From Gemmatimonadota bacterium (GTDB lineage: Bacteria > Gemmatimonadota > Gemmatimonadetes > Gemmatimonadales > GWC2-71-9): a stretch of 64,000 nt of DNA. The stretch's first letter is position 1. The number at the start of each line of letters is the position of its first letter. This document shows, in pieces, positions 56,552 to 64,000 of this stretch. The notes beneath the pieces were generated by a model. The model was not told the origin of the DNA, searched no databases, and was given only the letters and a program-made list of their open reading frames with translations. The stretch covers positions 95,404 to 159,403 of the forward strand of contig JAZDCZ010000085.1 of the NCBI GenBank assembly GCA_036679605.1. The letters run 5' to 3'. The position numbers were made by a program, and so were the translations under genes.

Positions 56552-58819
56552 CTAGTCCGGCTCCCGCGTACGCCTCTTGTACCAGGGCGCATCCGCGACA
56601 CGGGTACGAAGCCCAGGGTCGATTCGCACCGCAAACGATGCCAGCTCGAACGCCAGATCCTCGCGGTCGAGGTTGGCAAGCACAAGCGCCGCATCCATTG
56701 CGTGACCTGCGAGCGGGAGACGTCCCGTAGTATCCGCGGTCTCGGCTGCCCCTTGGAGCAGCTGCGGAATGGCATTGGCGAGACGACCGTCGGGAGGCGC
56801 TCGATTGATGTTGAGCAGCAGCGTATCCAGCGCGCTAAGGAGCAGCGTCTGAGGCAGCTCGGCGGCTGAAAACGCCCACCACTGCCAGCTCGGGCGTGAC
56901 AGCGCCCCGGTCAGGGCTGCAGCGGCGACCGCGGCGACATCGTCTTCACTCACCCGTGTGCGGAGTATCGATTCCAGCAGCCCATATGCAGAGTCGGCTC
57001 GATCTAGATCTCCGTACTCCAGAAACAGCCCCACGGCCCACGATCGAGCTACAAACCCATCCCGGGGGAACCCCAGTAGTATGAGTGGCCCCTCTTGTAT
57101 CCGGCCCCCCCTCCACAACGAATCGAGGAGATTGAACGCCTCAGCGTGTCGCCGGAGCTTGCCCAGCAAGACCATCCGTCGAGCGCCGAGTCCGGTGGGA
57201 CGTGTACCCCCGAGCGACTCAGCGCGGATGAGCGCACTGAGTGCCCCGTTGAAGTCCCCATCCAATTCGTACACGGACGACGCCAACGAATGTGCCCGCG
57301 GATCTGTGGGCGCAGCAGTAAGCCACTTGTCGACCCAGGCACGGGCGACCACCCGCGCACGTGCGCGCGCGGCCAGGAGGACATCTTCGGAGATCATCTT
57401 GAGCGAGTCAACCGGATCTACTGGGATCAGCTCCATGGTGTCCCGCAGCACTGGGACGAACTGGCGATCCGCTCGAGATAGGGAAGTGACCCAGTCGATG
57501 AGCGATGCCGGCTCATTCCGCATGCCCATCAACCACGTCCAGCCAGTCCAGTAGCCACCCGCTTCGCGATAGCTCTGAGCGAGCATGACGTAGACATCCA
57601 GGCGCGCCGCGTCGAGCACGCTCACACGCTTTACCAGCCGTAGCGCTGCATTGACTGAGCCCCGCAGGCGCTCCACACCATTTACCGTCACCAGCACGGG
57701 ATCGAAGAGCTCGACCCCCGCCAGCATGCCTAGCGCCTCGGTGTCTGTCGAGTCGACGTTGATCGTGCTCTCCAACGCACGCCTGGCAGCCGGAAAGTCC
57801 GCTCGCAAGACTGCATCTATCGCCTGCACAAATTGTCGCTCACGAGGCGGGAGACGCGAGGACAACGTGACAGCGCGCCGCATGGCGCGATTAAGCTCGC
57901 TTCGTGGATCAAATATCGCAGCTGCCGCCTGCGGATCCGGATCACCAAATATCCCTATCTTCCCCATCCACGCCATCGTAACCCATGCATGTGCCAAGGC
58001 GAACGCGCTATCGAGCCGCACCGCTTCACGAGCTGCCTCCAACGCTGCGTCGACCTCCAACCGATCATAATGCGCTCGGGCGCGCAGATAGGCCTTGTAT
58101 GCGTCGAGCGACTGTGTGGTTGCACTTGCCCTGATCAAATCCGGCCGGCGTGCGAGATCTTCCGTTCCGAGGAGCCCGAACGCCACGCGCTCGAACACGG
58201 CGCGAATGTCCTCCTCAACATCCGCCTCCTCCACGGTGCGAGCCAGTTCCTGATTGGTCACCACGTCATAGGCACGGGCGCGTACCCGTACTCGACCACC
58301 GGTCTCCAGCACGTCACCGGTCACGACCGTCCAGCCGCCGGTTTCCGCTGCCATCCGACGCACGACCTCCTCGTCCATTACCTCACCGCTCGTAAGCCCA
58401 TGGCGGCGCATCGCGGGATAGAGTCGTGTCTCCGGCACCACCGAGAGCTCCTGCCACTGGCCCAGCGCATCTGTAAATAGTGCAACCGACCCGTCGATCA
58501 GCCACTCGAGTTCCGGGGTGCGAGTGAGGTTGCGGAACGGGAGCACGAGGAAACTGCGCGCGCGAACGTCTTGAGCCGGGGGTTCGTCACGAGCCACGAT
58601 GGCGGGCCGTCCTACGGCCACAGCGCATGGCGGGGGCGTGCCGTCGGCACACTGAGCAAGCAGATGAACTGGAAACACCGCTGTCAGCAGCGTCACGGCC
58701 AGCATGGCTTGAAGGGGCCGACCATAGTAGTGCATGGTCATCCTATCAGCACCAAGCTCCCGCTCAACAACATAGCGATCCGCGAGGGCGGTCGAGAGCT
58801 TGGACGTGATCTCGGTCAT
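56552..58819 (-). CDS. TolB-N-like/TPR protein carrying an in-frame kinase 5' stub but no kinase domain
   Basis: MTEITSKLSTALADRYVVERELG then signal-peptide-like segment, CADGTPPPC, FLVLPFRN, TPR-like helices. Confidence 0.8.
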   Translation of the reverse strand: MTEITSKLSTALADRYVVERELGADRMTMHYYGRPLQAMLAVTLLTAVFPVHLLAQCADGTPPPCAVAVGRPAIVARDEPPAQDVRARSFLVLPFRNLTRTPELEWLIDGSVALFTDALGQWQELSVVPETRLYPAMRRHGLTSGEVMDEEVVRRMAAETGGWTVVTGDVLETGGRVRVRARAYDVVTNQELARTVEEADVEEDIRAVFERVAFGLLGTEDLARRPDLIRASATTQSLDAYKAYLRARAHYDRLEVDAALEAAREAVRLDSAFALAHAWVTMAWMGKIGIFGDPDPQAAAAIFDPRSELNRAMRRAVTLSSRLPPRERQFVQAIDAVLRADFPAARRALESTINVDSTDTEALGMLAGVELFDPVLVTVNGVERLRGSVNAALRLVKRVSVLDAARLDVYVMLAQSYREAGGYWTGWTWLMGMRNEPASLIDWVTSLSRADRQFVPVLRDTMELIPVDPVDSLKMISEDVLLAARARARVVARAWVDKWLTAAPTDPRAHSLASSVYELDGDFNGALSALIRAESLGGTRPTGLGARRMVLLGKLRRHAEAFNLLDSLWRGGRIQEGPLILLGFPRDGFVARSWAVGLFLEYGDLDRADSAYGLLESILRTRVSEDDVAAVAAAALTGALSRPSWQWWAFSAAELPQTLLLSALDTLLLNINRAPPDGRLANAIPQLLQGAAETADTTGRLPLAGHAMDAALVLANLDREDLAFELASFAVRIDPGLRTRVADAPWYKRRTREPD

Positions 58820-59010
58820 GGGGCTAAGATGCAGTGCCGAAGCTCAGGTGGCCAGCCACGACTGCCGCTTGACGCCTCCCCGAAGTGGCCCCATATGTAT
58901 GTGAGGATCGGTCACCGTCCGACAACTCCGAGGGGGAGCACTCGCCGTGCCGAAGCACCGCTTGCAGCCCTCCTGCACGCCCGTCCCCCCCTCACTTCCC
59001 GGAGGTACCA

Positions 59011-59763
59011 ATGATTCACCGCATCTTGCAGGTCAGCCTCGTGTTGGCCCTCTTCGCGATGCCGGCTGTTGCTCAGGATGCCGGCCAAGGCGAACAAGTG
59101 TACGTCGCTTCGTTCAAAATCGGTTACGCGGACCTGGGTGACTGGATCACTTCGTATCAGGAGCATGACGTTTCAGTGCTCCAGGGGCTCCAGGAATCCG
59201 GCCTCATTGTCGGCTGGAACGTGTGGCAGCACAACACTGGTGGAGAGTACAACTGGCGCTTTGCCGTCCGTACGGACAACTGGGCGGCGTTCGCCAAATT
59301 CTGGCAGGAGTACCTCGGCCAAACCGCCGAGCTGGCCGGTGTCGGCAGCCAGCGAATCGGGCGCATGATCCAGGCGCATTACGACGAGATCTGGGACATC
59401 ACAGAAGTCAACGTGCCGGAGGGCCTGACCGCCTCGTACCTGTACGACGCGCGCTTCCAAATCGCCTTTCCAGACGTGGATGCGTGGAACGAGATGTGGG
59501 CCGAGCACGCAGCCCCGGTACTCAACCAGGCAATGAAGGATGGGCTCCTGGGTGGCTGGGTGACCGAAGGTCATAACACCGGGGGACGCTACAACTGGAA
59601 GGTGCTCTACCTCTTCGAGGAATGGGACGACATCGACGATGTTCTCGGGCGGCTGCTGGGTGCTCTGACCTCCGATCCCGAGGTGTGGAATCACATGGGT
59701 TCACTCATCGCGGCCCACGACGACGTTATCTGGGAAGCCGTACCCGATCCTGACGGTATGTAG
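59011..59763 (+). CDS. Exported hypothetical protein with two internal repeats
   Basis: GGAGG RBS, signal peptide AVA-Q, HNTGGxYNW and AHxDxIW each twice. Confidence 0.8.
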   Translation: MIHRILQVSLVLALFAMPAVAQDAGQGEQVYVASFKIGYADLGDWITSYQEHDVSVLQGLQESGLIVGWNVWQHNTGGEYNWRFAVRTDNWAAFAKFWQEYLGQTAELAGVGSQRIGRMIQAHYDEIWDITEVNVPEGLTASYLYDARFQIAFPDVDAWNEMWAEHAAPVLNQAMKDGLLGGWVTEGHNTGGRYNWKVLYLFEEWDDIDDVLGRLLGALTSDPEVWNHMGSLIAAHDDVIWEAVPDPDGM

Positions 59764-59783
59764 CGCCACGCCGGTCGGCCGGC

Positions 59784-59860
59784 GCGGTCGAGAGCTTGGA
59801 CGTGATCTCGGTCATTGGGCAATAAGATGAAGTACCGCAGCTAGGGTGGCCAGCGATCAA
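59784..59860 (-). repeat. Degenerate kinase leader plus 5' stub (MTEITSKLSTA)
   Basis: Matches about 53550-53626; abuts the stop codon of the permease gene. Confidence 0.85.
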
Positions 59861-62302
59861 TCACGAGTCGCGCAGCGCGCTCGTGGGGTCTACGGTTGTC
59901 GCGCGCCGCGCCGGCAAGTACGACGCGACGATAGTCACGACGATGAGGAGGAGTGATACGGTCGCGAACACCACCGGATCGCGCGCGTCGATCTCGAAGA
60001 GCATTCCAGTGATGAGTCGGCTCGCAGTGAACGCTCCAAGCAACCCCAGGGCAATACCGACGAGGGCTACGCGGACGCTCTGGCCGACTATCAATGCCAA
60101 GACGGCTGCTTGCGACGCACCTAACGCCATCCGAATGCCGAGTTCTCGCGTCCGTTGTGTCACAGTGTACGACACGATCCCGTAGACGCCCACACTCACA
60201 AGCATCAGCCCGAGTAGGCCGAACCCGCTGAACAACATTACGTTGAACTGTCCACCGGCCGTGGCGGCGGTGATGACCTGTCCCATCGGCCGCACGTTCG
60301 ATAGCGGTACGTCGCTGTCCAACGCGCTCACGACCTGCCTCATCTCGGGAATGATGGTCGTCGGTTCGTTCGCGGTGCGGATGGTCATCGTGAGGGCGCG
60401 CGCCACAAAGTCAGACGACGAGGGAAACTGGCCGAGCGGGAGATACATCTGCGGCCGCGGTTCTTGCCGGAGGTTGTTGTGCCGCACGTCACGCACGATG
60501 CCGATCACCGTCCGGAAGACCGTATCGATGGTCGAGCTCAAATGGAACCGTGAGCCCATTGCCTCGCCGTCGGCCCAGTAGCGCTGAGCCATCGTCTCGT
60601 TGATCACAACCACGGGTGCGGATTCATCGTGATCCGATCGGTCGTAGAGCCTCCCGTCCAACACCTGCACACCCAGTGTCTCGAAGTACCCGTCGCTCAC
60701 GATGATCCAATCTGCCCAGGGTCTCCGGCCACTGGCGAGTCGCTCTTCCTCTCTCCCCTCGATGCGTACGCCCCAATCGCCAGGCCGACTGGCAAGGGGG
60801 AGCTGGTTGGTGCCGCCGACTTCGACGACGCCGGGAAGGCCGCGCACTTCGTCGAACACCTGCCGATAGAATTGCCGGGCATCGGCGGCGGTTGGGTACG
60901 TCTGCGAGGGAAGCGAGATTCGAGCGGTGAGCACGCGATCACCATTGAAACCGGGGTCCACCGCAGTGAGACGTTGGTAGCTCTTGGCGAGAAGGCCTGC
61001 GCCAACCGCGAGCATCAAACCCACCGCGACCTCGGCGATGACCAATGTACGACGCATGCGGTGGCGCCCGATCCCGGCCGTCCCACCTCGGCCGTCCGCG
61101 CGCAGCACGTTCCCCGCCGTATCCTTCCGGAAGTGCAACACCGGTGCGAGCCCAAACACGAGTCCCGTAATCCCCGCGACTGCGATGGTGAAAGCGATTG
61201 CGCGGGGATCAACCGCGATGTCATCGATGCGCGGGATGCCCGGTGGTGCTACCACTCGCACGATGCGCAGCATCCAGGCTGCGAGTATCAACCCTGCACC
61301 CCCGCCCAACAGCCCGAGCACCACGCTTTCGGTCAGGAGCTGCCGAGCAACGCGCAACCTGGCGCCGCCGAGCGCGAGACGGATGGCCATCTCGTGTGCC
61401 CGTGACTCCGCGCGCGCGAGCAAGAGGTTCGCCACATTTACACAGGCGATCACCAACACAAGCGCAACCGACCCGAAGAGCACGAACAGCGTCGGGCGGA
61501 CTGCACCCAGAACCTCGTCGCGAACGGGCACGACAGCAGCGCGGAACGTCGGCGGAAGTGTGCCGATCGTTTCCTTGAGGCGCTGTGAGGCGATGTCCAT
61601 CTCAGCTTTTGCGTTTTGGAGCGAGATGCCATCGACAAGCCGCGCGACTACACCTAGGTAATGGATGTTCCTCGGGTCAGGTGTGGCGTTTAGTGCCAAC
61701 GGGACGAACAGTCCACTTCTGGTGCCAACGTAATCTGTCGGGAGGCGGAAATCCTCGGGCATGACGCCGATGACAGTCAAGGGACCGCCGTCGACCATGA
61801 TGCTGCTACCGACAATCTGCGGATCGCCGCCAAACCGCTCGTGCCACAGCTCGTGGCTCAGGATCACAACGTCGTCTCGCCCCCGCTCGTCCTCCTCTGC
61901 GCTGAACGCCCTTCCATTCGCGGGGAGCACGCCGAGAACCGAAAAGATCTCGGCATTGACGAATCCGGTGAGTACGCGTTCGGCTTGAAAGTCACCGGTG
62001 AGATTTGTCCACCCTTGCGTAAAGGCTGCCACGGACGCGAAAGCGTCAATCTGGGTCCGGTAGTATTCGCGCTCCAACTCCGACACGCCGATACGGTTCT
62101 CGATATCGGTGCCGTAGACCACCACGATCCGGTTCTCGTCCGGATAGCCCAACGCCTTTAGCGCGACCGTGTCGACCACGCTGAACATCGCGCCGTTGGC
62201 GCCGATGCCGAGTGCCAGGGTTGCGACGACCGCGGCGGTGAAGCCCGGGCGCTTGAGGAGTGTGCGTAGCGTATACGTCAGGTCTTGTCGGAACGATTCC
62301 AT
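59861..62302 (-). CDS. ADOP-type duplicated ABC permease (MacB/FtsX family), orphan
   Basis: QDLTYTLRTLLKRPGF, LALGIGAN, LVIACVNVANLLLAR, RTRELGIRMALGA, PARRA. Confidence 0.93.
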   Translation of the reverse strand: MESFRQDLTYTLRTLLKRPGFTAAVVATLALGIGANGAMFSVVDTVALKALGYPDENRIVVVYGTDIENRIGVSELEREYYRTQIDAFASVAAFTQGWTNLTGDFQAERVLTGFVNAEIFSVLGVLPANGRAFSAEEDERGRDDVVILSHELWHERFGGDPQIVGSSIMVDGGPLTVIGVMPEDFRLPTDYVGTRSGLFVPLALNATPDPRNIHYLGVVARLVDGISLQNAKAEMDIASQRLKETIGTLPPTFRAAVVPVRDEVLGAVRPTLFVLFGSVALVLVIACVNVANLLLARAESRAHEMAIRLALGGARLRVARQLLTESVVLGLLGGGAGLILAAWMLRIVRVVAPPGIPRIDDIAVDPRAIAFTIAVAGITGLVFGLAPVLHFRKDTAGNVLRADGRGGTAGIGRHRMRRTLVIAEVAVGLMLAVGAGLLAKSYQRLTAVDPGFNGDRVLTARISLPSQTYPTAADARQFYRQVFDEVRGLPGVVEVGGTNQLPLASRPGDWGVRIEGREEERLASGRRPWADWIIVSDGYFETLGVQVLDGRLYDRSDHDESAPVVVINETMAQRYWADGEAMGSRFHLSSTIDTVFRTVIGIVRDVRHNNLRQEPRPQMYLPLGQFPSSSDFVARALTMTIRTANEPTTIIPEMRQVVSALDSDVPLSNVRPMGQVITAATAGGQFNVMLFSGFGLLGLMLVSVGVYGIVSYTVTQRTRELGIRMALGASQAAVLALIVGQSVRVALVGIALGLLGAFTASRLITGMLFEIDARDPVVFATVSLLLIVVTIVASYLPARRATTVDPTSALRDS

Positions 62303-62402
62303 TTGTGTCTCTCGCCTTCGAAGGGCATGGTTGGACGTGACCCTTGGACTTCGGGCCCCATTTATCCCTTAGACACGGAAACGGTCGCTGGGGTTGGAAT
62401 CG

Positions 62403-62460
62403 CGCGTTGTTGCCCGCTACTTGGGACCCATTGGCGAAGAAAGCATACCGCTTGTGCGAG
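62403..62460. repeat. Partial GGGACC-motif repeat abutting kinase gene stop
   Basis: CGCGTTGTTGCCCGCTACTTGGGACCCATTGGCGAAGAAAGCATACC vs 35341-35388. Confidence 0.8.
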
Positions 62461-64000
62461 CTAGTTCCCCACCTTCGCCTTCAACTCCTCGAAGAAGTTC
62501 TCGACGATGATCAACTCGTCCAGATCAGTCTGGCCGCGCGGGGGGATCATCAAGAATCGTTGATCGTCCGGTGCGACATCGTAGAGGGCCTCAATCCCTT
62601 GCAAGGGAAACAGCACGCGACGTTCACCGATGGCGAACGTCGGTCCCGCTAGGATCTCGACAACCTCCATCTCATTCGTAGTGTTGATATAGAACAACTC
62701 GCGTCCACTGTGCGCCCACCGAGCATTCCGTCCCCCGTTTGTCGAGACCGGCCACATCGCCTCTCCGGTATTTGGAAACGGCCGGACGAACACCTCCCTG
62801 CGCCCGGATTCGTCTGAATCGTATGCCAGCCAGCGCCCGTCGGGAGACACTGCCGGGAACCGATCATTGAACTCGGAGGTGACCAACGGCACCGGCACGC
62901 TGTCGCCCAATGGGAGGCCGTAGATGTCTCGGGTCGGGGGCGCTGACCGGTACACCAGCCACTGTCCGTCTCGCGTCCAGAAGGCTTCCACAACATCGGT
63001 TTCGACGTCGATCAACACTTCGGCCATCGCACTCCCGTCGGCACGCTTGACATACACGTCGCGAGGACTCGCCCCACGATTCGAGATGAACGTTATTCCC
63101 CGTCCGTCAGGGGTCCATGTCGGACGAGTATTCGCCGTTCCCTCAAAAGTGCGCTTGGACAGCGGTCCACGATCCAGTTGCTTGATCCAGATCTGTTGCT
63201 CCGTGCCATCGTTGATACCCACGGCCGCCTGTGTGCCGTCGGGTGAAATGGACACCGACTCGAAATTCGCGGTCCATCCGGGGTCGACCTCCTCAATCGT
63301 CCCATCTCGCGCCACCCACCCCAACCGGTCGGGCTCGCCTCCACCAGTACCCGTCGCGTAGATGAGCCTCCCTCCAGTCGATATTGTAAGGTCGACGGAG
63401 CCATTGACCCGCATACTAAGGCCCTCGACCAACGCGGTCGCGTCGCCCGTGCGCGCCAATGCATTCTGATCTAACGGTGCCGCCAGGAGCGTCTGGTCTG
63501 CAGTGACATACACCAGGTGCCCAGACGCCGCGTATCGCGCGTACACCCCCCGCACCAACACCTTGTGCCGGCCGTTCGAGAGATCCACTATAGCGATGTC
63601 GCTCTCCGACTGATCAGGCCCGTACCTGACCGTAAACAGCACGCCCTTCCCATTGGGCAACGGCTCAGGAAACAAATGATCGGTCTCACCACGCGCCGAA
63701 TCGACCGTTGTCACACTTTCCAGATCACCCCCACTCGCGGGGAACCGCTGTAGTCCTTCCCCCGCAAAACCAGTCACATATAAAAAGCCATCCGGCCCCC
63801 AGCCACCCCCGAACGCCCGGATCCCGGAATCGGCAATCGTCAGAGGCGGGCCGCCACCGAGCGACATTACACGGAGCGTGACCGGGTTGAAGGTGACGAA
63901 CGCGGCCCGGCTGCCGTCTGGTGAGAAGAACGGCACACCGCCACCGGTCGTCCCCGGTACCGTAGCCGCCTCCAGCTGATCCCGGTGCCGAAGGAACAAC
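62461..64000 (-). CDS. TolB/PD40 beta-propeller C-terminal part, probably of another kinase (partial)
   Basis: Paralogous to C-termini of 48231-50927 and 50924-53581; ends ENFFEELKAKVGN*; N-terminus outside window. Confidence 0.88.
   Translation of the reverse strand, partial: LFLRHRDQLEAATVPGTTGGGVPFFSPDGSRAAFVTFNPVTLRVMSLGGGPPLTIADSGIRAFGGGWGPDGFLYVTGFAGEGLQRFPASGGDLESVTTVDSARGETDHLFPEPLPNGKGVLFTVRYGPDQSESDIAIVDLSNGRHKVLVRGVYARYAASGHLVYVTADQTLLAAPLDQNALARTGDATALVEGLSMRVNGSVDLTISTGGRLIYATGTGGGEPDRLGWVARDGTIEEVDPGWTANFESVSISPDGTQAAVGINDGTEQQIWIKQLDRGPLSKRTFEGTANTRPTWTPDGRGITFISNRGASPRDVYVKRADGSAMAEVLIDVETDVVEAFWTRDGQWLVYRSAPPTRDIYGLPLGDSVPVPLVTSEFNDRFPAVSPDGRWLAYDSDESGRREVFVRPFPNTGEAMWPVSTNGGRNARWAHSGRELFYINTTNEMEVVEILAGPTFAIGERRVLFPLQGIEALYDVAPDDQRFLMIPPRGQTDLDELIIVENFFEELKAKVGN

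Noticed and set aside
62331..62340. TTGGACGTGA as another kinase 5' stub upstream of the permease
   Set aside because: Only a 10-nt match, not distinguishable from chance.
31958..64000. Prophage, integron or diversity-generating retroelement
   Set aside because: No phage structural genes, integrase, attC-like sites or reverse transcriptase; repeat differences are not adenine-specific.

Overview
Bacterial chromosome window, most consistent with Gemmatimonadota (inferred from gene content: ADOP-type permease, expanded Ser/Thr kinase-TolB/TPR genes, many apparently leaderless genes). Bases 1-31.9 kb are conserved core around the replication origin: polA (partial), cspA, pyrE, rnpB, dnaN, oriC, dnaA, rpmH, rnpA, yidD, yidC, mnmE, ddl, queD, CBS, mutS, holA, an ECF sigma/anti-sigma pair, upp, a short hemY and a ChdC/HemQ-Rieske fusion, ending at an intact tRNA-Phe(GAA). 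From there to the end of the window is an accessory mosaic with no integrase or transposase visible. Four families of short dispersed repeats mark its gene junctions. (1) Three tRNA-Phe derivatives share a structured 45-46 nt insert in the T-loop; with TGTGC-repeat arm sequences they can be closed into a ~295-bp circular unit. (2) A putative leaderless promoter plus the first codons of a kinase gene (MTEITSKLSTALADRY). (3) Orphan 3' tails of a kinase gene (ENFFEELKAKVGN*). (4) A GGGACC-motif repeat. Unrelated cargo genes lie between kinase 5' stubs and 3' tails, suggesting a cassette-exchange array (inference; misassembly must be excluded).
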